Shown: one piece after another, positions 1 to 11,499 of the stretch
Position numbering within the stretch: position 1 is the stretch's first letter
Layout of the letters: each line of letters opens with the position of its first letter
Source: Takakia lepidozioides
Lineage: Eukaryota; Plantae; Bryophyta
Direction: 5' to 3'
DNA length: 64,000 bases
Assembly (NCBI GenBank): GCA_030704615.1
Contig: CM060732.1
Location: 60,822,001-60,886,000, forward strand
The notes under the pieces: model-generated
Told to the model about the DNA's origin: nothing
Databases searched by the model: none
Seen by the model: only the letters and a program-made list of their open reading frames with translations
Position numbers and translations under genes: made by a program

Positions 1-166
1 AGGTTCAAAGAAGATGTTCGATCGCAAGACTTGTTGTTTGTGAGTTACCAGAGCAAAATCACAGTTATGATGACATCATGGATGTCTCGGCTTCAGCATC
101 TCTGTTGGATCTTGAAGTAAGGAGAGACCGTGAGCTCACTACATCCACTATAAGACATGGGGGCCA

Positions 167-650
167 GGGTTAATTGGCGAAGTTGGGGTTAATTGGCGAA
201 GTTGGGGTGACGCTGCGCAACGCCCCCATTTGGGGCAGGGTCACAGCTCCAGATTGCGACGTCCGGACGTCGTAGAGGCGTCGCACCCGAAACGTCACTA
301 AAAACCGACGTCAAGGGGGTCGTAAAGTGACGCCGGCACGACTTGCGACGTACAGGCGTCGCAAAAAAAATGCCCATCCCCGGACCCAGCCCTAGCGTTG
401 CTATAGCGCCATGTGCCCCCAGCGACATTTTGCGACGTCGGGGGATCGTAAAGCCCGGAATTTTTTATTTTTAAAAAAACATTGTGACCCCCCGGCGTCA
501 CATCGTGCGAGGCGGGGCGCTGCTGAGGATGCCCGACGTTGGGGCTGCTGCGACTGCGACTCCCCAGCGTCGCAATTTCCGGCAGCTGCGACGCCCCAGC
601 GGCGAGACGACGCAAACCCACGCCCCCCCACCCCCTTGCAGTAGGGGTCA
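167..650. repeat. CpG-rich transposon-end-like sequence with a 19-bp tandem duplication (GGGTTAATTGGCGAAGTTG x2) and many GCGACG/CGTCGC motifs
   Basis: Direct repeat at 167-204 and dense short palindromic motifs. No partner TIR or TSD found. Confidence 0.3.
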
Positions 651-1250
651 AAGGAGATTCCAGTGATGAAACAGAGATTCAGGAGTGTGTGAAACAAGTT
701 GGTAAAGCAGCCAAGATTTTGGAAGAGCAAGAAGCAGTGTTGGAGGATCAAGCTTTGTCTAAGCTTCTTGGGATGGAAGTACCAGCCAAATTGGCCTCAT
801 CATTAATACAAGGAGCCTATGTCAAGGCATGGGAAGGGGAGCTGGCAAACACCAATGCAAAAATTGAAGACGACTTCCATGCAGATTGGAAACTGGTCAG
901 TAGCCATGAAGGAGAGAGGGGGTTGAAAGATGATTTGAGCTGGCTCAATCAAATTGCCACAAATGGAGGTCATAATGAGGCAAGTATCCGTTGGCAGAAC
1001 TTGCACGCTAGGATCATGGCTTGCATGCTAGGATCATGGCTTGCATGAGTCAAGAACTGTCGGAGATACAGAAAAGGGATTTAGAGGGTTAGCTTCATCA
1101 AAACCAAGATGCTCTGCTCTTAGTAAGGAAGACCTAGGTTTTTGCTCGGTTGTTGAACATGTCATTGATACTCAAGGGTTTCCCCCTTGTATAAGTCAAC
1201 CCCAGTCGCTTGTCAGAGTGGGAAGAAGAAGAGATACAGACCAAAGTTAT
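651..1250 (+). mobile_element. Degenerate Ty3/gypsy pol remnant (region just before the RT core)
   Basis: The peptide SKEDLGFCSVVEHVIDTQGFPPCISQP resembles the DLG..EHxIDT..P..P segment that precedes gypsy RT. Broken by stops. Confidence 0.35.
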
Positions 1251-2742
1251 GTTGTTTTCTCTCGGGAGTTCCACTGCAGCTGATTTGAGCTCTGCTTGAG
1301 AGGCGCAGCTATCATACGTTCCTTCCACACTTTCTCGGCAAGGCGGATGATCAGAAGGAAAGCTCGTGAGGGATTTCCCAAGAAACATGATGCTTTGGAT
1401 CCACTAGCCCTCCATTTGCGGGTTGTACATTCCAATGTCAACTTCTGTATCTGAATTCATCCGTGCAAACAATGCTTCCACCCCTGTTACAACAGCACTA
1501 GGCAGTTGAAATAATTCATTGACACCTTCCAATGTGAATAACTGCATGCAAATCTAGCCAAATCCTTGAACAAAATGGCATAGATCTTAGGTGATCCAGT
1601 TAGCTACTAACCTGTGATAAGAGGAATTATGTAGCCCATAGCCTGCACACCAAGCATCCCAAACGAGATGTAGGACGTCGACTCCAGATGACTCTTGACA
1701 TGTGACAATTGGGCACCAATACATAGTAGCATCAGAGTTAGGGTTGCCACACTGAACGACCATTTCAGACTCTTCCGAGAAATGATCTCATCCTACTTTT
1801 TTTTACTGGTCGACAGCCCTCCAAGTACATTTTCCCATCCTTGGGATTACACAGACCTTCTGCAAAATACACGAACTTAATCTTGGTCAAGTGAGCTCCC
1901 ACTTTGAAGTATTCTGGTTGCTTGCTTGGGCGGCTTGAGCGAGGATTCGCTTTTAACGATTGTCATGTGGTCCTCAAGTGCAATCACACTAAAGCTCATA
2001 TAATCCAACCTGGACTGGTGCTTCTGATGTGGAAGCAGAAATGATTCAACTAAAAGATCTCTGCTTAAGATGTTATAAATAAATCATCAAGTCCATGGAG
2101 AGCAGGGTAACAGGGTAACAAAACATGCTAGCCCGGATTGATCTGGACCGAACGAGGTTAGGTTCATACCTTTCCATTACTGCACCTGCCTCCCTGATGT
2201 TGTCGTACTTGTACTGAAGCTGTTTGGACACTAGCTGGGACATCCTGGTTGTGGCGAGACATGTGGAAGAGAGAGGGTTGAATGAACTAGAGTGGTTGAG
2301 AGGCCAGATGCTGGAAATGGTGCCTTCCACAATGATGCGCTGATTGAGAGAAGAAAACCGCTCGAATGTGGAGGCAGATATTGATATCACGATCATCACT
2401 CATATCGCTGTTCTTGCACCAGCATAGCATGCCACCATGCATATCTGCCCAAACTCAATTTTGCAGGAGCCTTCCACTACAAGAGTATGCCCATTAAATA
2501 GTCTCTAACGAAGTGCTTATAGGATTGGGGACGATCGTACCTGCCTAGCACCGACAAACGGGTCTCCATGGGAGCATTGATACAATGTTGAACCACGGAT
2601 TTCGGCGCCATATAGTGCAGATCAAATCTTTTCCTACACACACATAGTCTCTGTTAAAATCCCCCACAACAAACAATGCGTTACAAGTACATTGTCTCTG
2701 TATCTGTCAGACCATATGGGGACCATAGGCTGGCCATCAGAG

Positions 2743-2895
2743 GGCTCAACACCTCCATGAAAATCCGTTCCGAGAGTTCAAGAAGCTTTAGCCAGTTCGA
2801 AAAATTGTTTTGCGGCTTTTTCGGGCAGTCCGGACAGGTTCCGGAAAAAATTGCCTGCGAGGAAACGTGTCGACGACGCTAAAACTAGTCCTCGC
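2743..2895 (-). repeat. Dispersed repeat, inverted copy of part of the ~290-bp unit at 62480-63262
   Basis: CTCAACACCTCCATGAAAATCC...TTTTTCGGGCAGTCCGGACAGGTTC...GCTAAAACTAGTC is the reverse complement of motifs in the 62.5-63.3 kb units. Confidence 0.55.
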
Positions 2896-5344
2896 CCTTG
2901 AGTCGTTGCTAGAATGACAAAATCCATCGGTTGTCCTCAGGACAATGTAACCTCATCCATGTACACTACCGTCATACAAATTGACTATGAGTGGTGAACT
3001 AGATTTGGTCAATAGATTTGGTCAATTGTCGTTGACCATGGTCCTTCCACCCATTCCGGAGTTCCGGAGTCGTGTACTCATACAATTTTGACACATCTAT
3101 GTATGTGAACTCACATAATCCGGAAGAGACAAATTGAACGGAACCACTTCTGAAAACGGATACAAGGTAAAATCCAGATTCAAGCACAATGTCCCAGGTA
3201 CGTTCAATCATCGTCCCATACATCCACAGAGGGGACGTTGATGATGAGGCACCTTCGGATATTTGACAGATTTGCACACATGACTCTCACAGTTTGGCCC
3301 AAGAAACCCAATTCTTCGAAAGATTGGCTATGCCCACACACATCGCGATCTTCCACTTGGGAAGATCGCAAAGAGTACGAATTAGGCACAGGAGACAGAA
3401 GATCATGCCCAAAATCGAAATCAGGTGAGTTAGGAACTTTAGCCATCATGCGTGCCATCGCCTTCAGCCTCATTGAGGCTAGAAGTACCGGAGGATGAAC
3501 TAAAATTGGGCCAAACTCCGTTCCTCAACACTGCATTGACAACATTGGAGAAGCCAGTGGGATCACCCTCTTCCTTCCGCTCCACCCAACCGAACAAATC
3601 CGCAACGTGCCTCCGCCGCATGTACCTAAAATTTTGCAGGTTGTGGAAAAGAAGGCCAAGCAACGCACTTATGGCGCTTGAGGCCTACCAAATAGTCATT
3701 GTTCAGGGTTCCAACCAATACAACGATCTGCTCATCTATGGCACCAATCTCCCTCGCCCAAGATGCGATGTTAGTAGCCTCTTTGGCAAGATGTGCCGGT
3801 GCAGGAGGAGGCGCATTGACAAACACCATAATTTCTCGTCTCTGACAGCCGTTAAGCAGAACTTGAAAGCTTCCCACTTAGCCTCTCACAAGCTTCTGTC
3901 TCCCTGAATGCCTCCACTCATAAGCTATGGAACCAGCTCCAGGAAATCCTAGAATGCAATGCAAAATGAGACAGCACCTAAAAAGAGTGTAGAGAGACAA
4001 ATTAGCTCGACGACTTCAAGTCATGCATCACACAATAAGCAACAACAATTTGCGCAAACAGAACGGCCACCTGCAAACGCGTGCGAGGCACGGTGAGAGA
4101 AAAAGAGGAACGCGGGAAGCACAATTGAAACCGCGGGAAGAAGCAGCGGCCGACCCCCTGCTGCTTCGATCGAAGGATCTTCATGCCCTAAGCCTAACAC
4201 CTGCCCAATCCGCTTTTGCACACCTGTTCCTGACATCGGGCGTCTTCTCAGGCAATTGATGTTTTTGGAAATTGAAGCAGATGTTTTTGGATTGCATGCG
4301 AGAATCCCAATCCTTTTCGCAACAATTGAGCATGGCACCGCGGCTCACTACAAATCCTTCTGATGACTTGCCCTCACAGCCAAAGGAGCAGCAGCAAGTA
4401 CATCTGCCTCTCATTATTCACATAAGTGATCCCTTAGTGAGGTGTAATTTTATTGATATTAATTGAAGCAGCATGACGGACCAAAAGCTTCGTTTTTGGG
4501 ATGTTGGATGGTTACTGGAAGCAAGAGAAAAAGACCTCACTTTTCTTGAAGGGGATTTCAGGAGAAGTTTTCGGCTTGCTTGAGATGGGCAGCTCAAGTA
4601 GTTACTGAGAACACTGGGAGTCACACCAGCGATAGGGACCTGCTTTGGTGGACACTGGCAGTATCGCTTACTGTTGCATGAAACTATGCACAGTTGTTTC
4701 ATATATGCTCCCAGATCTGGTCTCCAACTGTAGCAATTGTGTTCTGAAGTGGGTCCCCCAACCCTGAACTCCAACATGCACAAACCGATGTTATAGTGTG
4801 AGGAAGTCAAGCCGCATCAATCAATAACAACATACCCAAATACCCTTACAATCACTATATGAACTTTCAAGCAGCCACCATGGGATTGGATCTTGGTTGG
4901 TTAAGGCTAGCTTTTGACGATATTCATGCAAGTCGTCAAGGGCTCCATCCAAAGCCGCACCACAAGAAACAAACAAACATGTCCAAATGTAAGATGCTGA
5001 ACAAACTTGTGCATAGGGCTGCCCCTCTCATCAAGCTCATTCAAATTCATATTCACTTCCCTCTTCATATCCACCACCCAAACCCAGAATTAGGACAGCA
5101 CTCTGATTTCCATCCACTGTCACCAGAATCAGTCAAATATCACCGCTTCAGTCAAGTGCAATTATGGGCTGACTTCCCACCTATGCCGGGTAGACCCCAC
5201 TATCATTTCCCGTGGATATGCCACAGGAAATGCACTCAACAGTACATCATGGTCAATACTCTCAGGAAATGGTGGATGATCTGAGTAGCTACACAGATCA
5301 ATGAATGAAGCAAGAAACTCGCATCTTTCCAAGAAAACATCCTT

Positions 5345-7402
5345 TCACCAGTAATCCCCACAAGAACAATGCCCATCTTCAAAGTGGTGAAAGCGGTTAG
5401 CGTCCCGTACAACAATTGCTCGGCCAACAATCTTTGAGATAAATTTGGTGGAGGTGTGGCAGTCACCACACACTCGAAGATTCTTAATGAGACGGAGAGG
5501 CGTCCTAGGGGTCGTGCTGATCAGCCCAAAACCAATGGCCAGCTTCTCACTGTGGTAGCAAAGAGAAAATTCCTTTTCCTCCTCCCCCACATCATGCAAT
5601 ACAAAGCGCGTGTCAGGCACATACCCCGCCTCCTTCATCTGCCCAGACAATCTTCTCAGCTCAGCATGGATTTCCTTAATTCTGGGATGCAACTTGTCAT
5701 CTACAACGAAGGTGTGCACCCTGTTGCCAACCTCAATGCAGCAGCGACCTGGCTCCTTTCTAACCCCTCTGACCTTCATCATTCTTCTCACCTTTGCATT
5801 ATCATCCCACCTGCCAGCTGCAGCATAGATGTTTGATAGCAACACATAAGTCGCGGCATCCTGTTTATCCCACTTGAGGATAGATGTTGCCACATGTTCA
5901 GCCATCTCCACATTGCCATGGATTCTGCAGGCACCAAGCAAGGCCTTCCACACCACAACATCTGGATTGATTGGCATCTTATTAATCAGATCCACTGCCT
6001 CATCCAGTTGTCCCGCACGTCCAAGAAGGTCCACCATGCAGCCAAAGTGCTTTACTGTCGGAGTGACACCATGATCTTGACTCAGGGAATCAAAGTAGTG
6101 TCTTCCTTCATTCAGTAGCCCAGTGTGGCTGCATGCAGAGAGAACACATATAAAGGTGACACTGTCCGGCTTCAAGCCGTTCTTTTGCATTCCGTCAAAT
6201 AGTTGCAGGACCTCCCTATGACAACCATGCTTTGCATATCCTGCAATCATCGCACTCCACGATACCAAATCTCGTTCAGCCATACTGTCGAACACTCCCT
6301 TCGCATCCTCCATGCACCCACATTTGGCATACATGTCCACCAGGGCAGTGCTCAGAATGACATCGGGTACAATTCCAGCTTTGACGATGGCACCATGGAC
6401 CTCTTTGCCCTTTTCCAGGGCTGCCAGGCTTGCACACGCATTGCACACAAACATGATGTGGTTGGGCTTCACCCCTTCCCCAATCATTTGCTCATAGGCC
6501 TCCAAAGCCTCCATCCCGCGCCCCTGCTGTGCATACCCTGCAAGCATCGCGTTCCACGACACCACATTTCGTTCAGCCATATTGTTGAACACTGCCTTCG
6601 CATCCTCGATGCTCCCACATTTGGCATACATGTCCACGAGGGCATTGTACAGAATGACATCGGGCTTCACCCCTTCCCGCATCATTTGCTCATAGGTCTC
6701 CAAAGCCTCCACCCCACGTCCCTGCTGTGCATACCCTGCAATCATCGCGCTCCACGACACCACATTTCGTTCAGCCATATTGTTGAAAACTGCCTTTGCA
6801 TCCTCCATGCACCCACATTTGGCATACATGTCCACCAGGGCAGTGTTCAGAATGACATCTGGTACAATTCCAGCTTTGCCGATGTCACCATAGACCTCTT
6901 TCCCCTTTTCCAGGAGGCTTGCACACGCATTGCAAACACAAACGAACGTGATGTGGTTGGGCTTCACCCCTTCGCGCATCATTTGCTCATAGGTCTCCAA
7001 AGCATTCGTACCACACCCATGCTTGGTAAATCCTGCCAACATTATATTCCACGTGATCAAAGATCGTTGAGGCATTCTGTTGAACACTTGGTGAGCATCC
7101 ATGATGCTCCCGCACTTAACATACATGTTGACAAGGGTGTTGAGTAGAAAAACATTTGGCGTGAATCCACTTTGGATAATGTGAGTGTGCACCTGCTTTC
7201 CAGCTTCCAGGCCTTTCATCTTGATGCACTTATGCAAGAGACAGACATACGTATCTGAATCTGCTGAAATGCCTCCTTGGTTTAAAGTCTGTAAAGCCTC
7301 TTTCAGTCTGCCTGCCTCACAAAGCATCTTCACATGCCCAGAAGTGCCAGAAGAGGCATTGTGGACTCCCTCTCTTGATCCTCTTCCAGAAGCTGTGGTC
7401 AT
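5345..7402 (-). CDS. PLS-class pentatricopeptide repeat protein with E and DYW (PG-type) cytidine deaminase domains, organellar C-to-U editing factor type, 685 aa
   Basis: Intronless ORF with P-L-S repeats, PG box (KEPGRCCIEV), HSEKLA, RVCGDCH and a terminal DYW. No obvious transit peptide after the Met at 7402. Confidence 0.93.
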   Translation of the reverse strand: MTTASGRGSREGVHNASSGTSGHVKMLCEAGRLKEALQTLNQGGISADSDTYVCLLHKCIKMKGLEAGKQVHTHIIQSGFTPNVFLLNTLVNMYVKCGSIMDAHQVFNRMPQRSLITWNIMLAGFTKHGCGTNALETYEQMMREGVKPNHITFVCVCNACASLLEKGKEVYGDIGKAGIVPDVILNTALVDMYAKCGCMEDAKAVFNNMAERNVVSWSAMIAGYAQQGRGVEALETYEQMMREGVKPDVILYNALVDMYAKCGSIEDAKAVFNNMAERNVVSWNAMLAGYAQQGRGMEALEAYEQMIGEGVKPNHIMFVCNACASLAALEKGKEVHGAIVKAGIVPDVILSTALVDMYAKCGCMEDAKGVFDSMAERDLVSWSAMIAGYAKHGCHREVLQLFDGMQKNGLKPDSVTFICVLSACSHTGLLNEGRHYFDSLSQDHGVTPTVKHFGCMVDLLGRAGQLDEAVDLINKMPINPDVVVWKALLGACRIHGNVEMAEHVATSILKWDKQDAATYVLLSNIYAAAGRWDDNAKVRRMMKVRGVRKEPGRCCIEVGNRVHTFVVDDKLHPRIKEIHAELRRLSGQMKEAGYVPDTRFVLHDVGEEEKEFSLCYHSEKLAIGFGLISTTPRTPLRLIKNLRVCGDCHTSTKFISKIVGRAIVVRDANRFHHFEDGHCSCGDYW

Positions 7403-8915
7403 GGTTCAGGTGCCTGGTTTTATCAACTGGGCCACTGCAGCTGCTGCCTTTAGTTGACCATCTACCCATGCATGTTTCTTGTAGCTATTGATCCATAGGG
7501 AATCATAGATAATCTTGTGCTTGAAATCTGGCCCTCTTGGATGAATCTGGACCCACACTCTATCCCTGCTCCTTCAGCTATCCATGCCTCTGCACAAATC
7601 ATGCATTCATCCTTGCCTCGCTGCCAGCAGTTGACAATGACAGCCTAGATTTGTTCTAGGAAACACCCAACTCAGCTTATCACACTAGTTCCAATGCTGA
7701 ATTGTGTCTGCTTCCAACAGGCATTCACCTTTTTCGCCTCGATTGTTCCACCATTGACTGGGATCGGAAACGTATTCCTTCCAGAGCTTCTCCTCGTCGT
7801 CTTTGTTATCTGTTTTTCCATACTTTCCTGTTGCCACATTGGCAGTAACATGTCAAAATCACTCCAAAACCACCATAGATCCACCAACGAGCTAACTTGC
7901 AGAATTCAACATGAAAACTTAGGGACGACTCTGATAACAGGGAAAAACAGGCTGAAATGTGTTGAAGAGGTGCCTTCATTAGCAGTGCCTTGTTCTATCA
8001 ATTGTGCTGCTGCCAATGCTGTTTCCAGTTGACCATCTACCCACGCAAATTTCTTGTAGCTATTGACCCACAGGGAATCAGAAGTAATCTTGTGTTTGAA
8101 ATCCGGCCCTCTTGGATGAATGTGGACCTCTATCCCTGCTCCTTCAGCTATCCCTGCCTGTGTACAAATCATGAATACATCCTCAGCCTTGCTGCTAGCA
8201 GCTGACACTGTCGGTGTGAAGTTCTTCCAGCAACCACCCCAACCCTACTTATTACAGTAGTTCCAATTCTGAATTGCATCTGCTTCTCTCTGTAGTCCAA
8301 CAGGCATTCACCTTTTTGTCTCCATTGTTCCACCATTGACTGGGGTCGGGAAAAGTGTTAATTCCAAAGCTTCTCCTCATCTCTGTTATCTGGTTTTGGA
8401 TACTTTCCTGCTGCCACATCGGCAGTAACTTGTCAAAGTCACTCCAAAGCACCACAGATCCACCCAACGAGCTAACTTACAGAATTCAATATGCATCTCA
8501 GGGCCGAGTCTGATGAGAGGGCAAAACAGGCTGAAATAGGTCGAAGAAGAAGGTGCCCTCACCACATTGTCCTTGACCCTGTGTCATGACCCATGGAGGA
8601 TTTGACCGACCATAAATCCAAAAGGACCTCTTGTGTGTGCTGCTTGTGTCTGTAGTCAGGTAATGTCGGATTGGTCTGTGAGAACCACCACGGTGCAGCT
8701 AAGCTGGCAGAGATTGAAACACGGCCTGCTAAGACCAAGCTGACTCTCCCAAGAACCTTGTAAACATAAGGACCAAATCATGGTACTAACAGGAGCCAAG
8801 AGCCCACATTTGAGGATGGAAACTTCTTCACATCGCACATTGAGAAAAAGCCACACCTTGCGATTGCGGTTGTCCCACCATCGTGAAGGATCTTTAAAAA
8901 AACTCATGCCAGCTC
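7403..8915 (-). pseudogene. Three degenerate OSB-type PDF motifs, each split by a ~180-190-nt intron; former N-terminal extension of the PPR-DYW gene
   Basis: Motif 1: FFKDPSRWWDNRNRK | TNPTLPDYRHK..SFWIYGRSNPPWV (intron 8676-8856). Motif 2: DPSQWWNNGDKK | IHPRGPDFKHKITSDSLWVNSYKKFAWV (intron 8122-8311, acceptor mutated to CAC). Motif 3: EEKLWKEYVSDPSQWWNNRGEK | IHPRGPDFKHKIIYDSLWINSYKKHAWV (intron 7547-7728). The last exon is in frame with the PPR ORF except for a TGA at 7406-7408. Several frameshifts. Confidence 0.8.
7420..8560. repeat. Tandem duplication of a ~570-bp unit (PDF exon-intron-exon module)
   Basis: 7420-7980 and 7990-8560 align throughout, e.g. AGTTGACCATCTACCCA, CAACAGGCATTCACCTTTTT and CAGGCTGAAAT. 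Confidence 0.9.
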
Positions 8916-9403
8916 TGCTCCGTGCTCCAAGGTGGAGGTTTGTGCTCGAAAATCCGACAGCATCAACATTTTGACAAGGTACCTTACTGAGGGGTGCTAG
9001 TGAGCTTTCAACAACATTCATGCAAGTTGTTTTGGGCTCCATTGGGCTCTACCACGATGAGGAACAACGAAGATGTCCAAACATACACAGATGCTAACGC
9101 AGCTTATGTTTGCAGTCTGGAGATTGTAGAGTGGTATCTGAAAACGACCAGGGAGGAAGGCGCTGAGCAGCCAGAGTCTTTCACCCTGGGTCTTGGCATT
9201 TAACTTAGTCTCCGACCTTCAGTCGTCGCTAAGTAACTGGGGGAAAATATTATGTTTGCATACTAACATTGAGCAGAGTATAGGGATGTCATATTCATCC
9301 AAGATCTTGGCATTCCGCACTTGCAGATACTTTACATATTTTTTTTGTTATTTTACAGAACAGGGGACAGTGGCCCTGATACATAATTAGGAATCTGTAA
9401 AAC

Positions 9404-9662
9404 TGTGCACAAATTCTATATGTTTCCTATACTCTGTTTCTTTCTGTGTCCACCTGTTTGTTTATGTTTACCATGTTCGGTGCGGCATGAGAGATGGAAT
9501 GAGCTGCCCTCTACTGCAATAACAGCTTTTCTGCTCGGAGCTTCTACCCAGAACATGTCTGCATCTGGGGTACAAAGATTACATGGCAAACAATTATCAA
9601 ACAGTCAGCTGTAGAAATTACCTGCTGTCAACCACTAGCGAAGGGCAAGGTCAAATCGCCTT
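9404..9662 (+). repeat. ~260-bp repeat, inverted copy of 15437-15722
   Basis: The shared sequence translates as FYMFP..CFFLCPPVCLCLPC..RHER..ELPSTAIT in opposite orientations, and both copies end in TCAAATCGCCT. Confidence 0.85.
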
Positions 9663-10299
9663 TGCCCCCTTTGCAAGCTCTGCAACATGTTCTGCATTAT
9701 CCCTAGATGGTGATCTTCAGAAACGTGGGGGCCGACCCCCTAGCTAATCCGGAGTCTGTCTACAGCAATATTGACTGGTGGAATTTGCAGTTGTAGTCCC
9801 AGGGGCTTCTTCAAAAACTACTCTCAAGGATCACGAGGAAACACATGTGACTTGGTAACACGAGTAATACTTTGCATCGAAATCTGATGGAAAATGTGAT
9901 TCCGATCTGCTTTTGGGTCGAATGTTTCTACCAACACTGCTGCAAATTACTTTCCATCCTGGGAGCTCTTTACTCAATGTCATCCTTCAACATCAAAATA
10001 ACCGTCCGTGACCTCCCACATAAAGCCTCCTGTTTCTAGTGGGGTCCTCTCCACAGATGCTATCATCTTCCACTTTGTCCTTGCCTTTTCCGCCTGGTTT
10101 GTCAGATGGAGTACAGGCAATGAAAACTCCTGTACCAGGAATAATGCGAAGTTGAAAACTGAGAAACTGACCAAGAATATAACATTCTTCAAGTGGATGC
10201 AAACGATCTAATACATGCTCTACCCACATAGTTTATTTAGATCCTAAGGTTTGCCCCCAAGACGGTAGTTAAACTGGTAATAGTGCTTACCTGCAGACA

Positions 10300-10660
10300 A
10301 GGAATGGAATTTCTGCGAGGACTTCCTTAGGAGTCCGTTGCAGAATTCGAAAAGCAGCTCAGGATCACTCTCTTTGTACCTGTGATACTCTCTCAACATG
10401 GAGGGAGCGATCTTCCATGTCAACCATGGCAGCCTCAAGTGCAGCTTCCATAATCATGGTGGTGTTGGAGTTTTTCCCGAGTTCGAAAGTGCTAATCACT
10501 TGGTCTTTCTCTCTTGCTTGGTCTTTTGAGACATAACTGGCAATGTAGTTTCGCAAACAGCTTTCAAGAGCGTCACTCCATATTTGTCTGAAATGCAGAC
10601 GAGAACAGAGGCATGCTTCTCCAATACCGCATCTCGCTTAATATTCAAGTCCCTGCAGCA
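10300..10660 (-). pseudogene. Fragment of a BTB/POZ-domain protein (end of BTB plus following helices)
   Basis: VLEKHASVLVCISDKYGVTLLKAVCE/NYIA...EYHRYKESDPELLFEF across frameshifts resembles the ADKYxVxxLKxxCE BTB signature. Confidence 0.5.
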
Positions 10661-11499
10661 CATTATAAGCTTTGCACTATTGTCTTTCTCATCTTTATTT
10701 CACACACATCGGATCGCTCGTTGATTGGATTCAGCTGGCGCCATCGGGTTCATTGCTGTCACCAGATTCGAATGGTTCTCTAAATCTCCTGCAGATAGAT
10801 GGACTGGGCGGAGCTGTTCTCAAGACGTGGAGGCCCAATTGCTGTAGGTGCCCAACAGCAGTCCAGGGTGGTGAAAACATGCCACTGGAAATATGTCCAG
10901 TTAACATGCACTGTGAGCTACCACCCTTGACGACAGACCTCCATCAAATTGAGTCCATGTGGCAGACAACTATCATTAATGGCCTGTGCGCCAATCTAGT
11001 AACCGAAGATAGGAGAGAGTACAGTAGTTGTGCGCAAGACCCACCAGAGGAGAGTGGCACATAAATCCCATACCTGCTACCTCCCAGAGCTTGGAAGCAT
11101 GATTCATGTCCTTTTAGTGGTAGGAAGAGATACATCTCAGGAGCAGGAGAACTTGTCGCTGCACGCACGAGCCAAGGAAATGTGGGTGGCTGCCAACGGA
11201 CACGTTACACACTCTCAGGTTTGCCGTCTGTATGGCAGCGGTCTGACGTACTCCAGGACTGCACCATCTCAGTCACTTTGCTCCGCTTCACAAGTCTCCT
11301 GAAAACCTCCAAGTGGTCTATGCAGCCAGTTCTGTAGTGCTAAACCCGGTTTGCATTAGCTCTTTTGTCCTTCCCTCATCCCAACGTCTTTGTACTTCCT
11401 TCCATCCCCTAATCACAAACTGCCATTTGCCCACCTGCTTTCAACGCATACCCTCACGATTCATAAATTATCCTTCTGTTACTGAGACCAATGACAAAC

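Noticed and set aside
1700-2060. LINE endonuclease remnant (SRLDY-like peptide on the minus strand)
   Set aside because: A single short motif with no other endonuclease or RT motifs nearby.
6203-7147. 314-aa plus-strand ORF and other antisense ORFs over the PPR genes
   Set aside because: Shadow ORFs of the repetitive PPR coding strand with no recognisable domain.
7406-7408. TGA repaired by U-to-C editing or read-through to give a full PDF-PPR-DYW protein
   Set aside because: Plant U-to-C editing is organellar, and the upstream exons carry independent frameshifts, so removing this stop alone would not restore the fusion.
10680-11300. Possible F-box gene remnant on the minus strand
   Set aside because: Only vague peptide resemblance across several frames; not supportable without a search.
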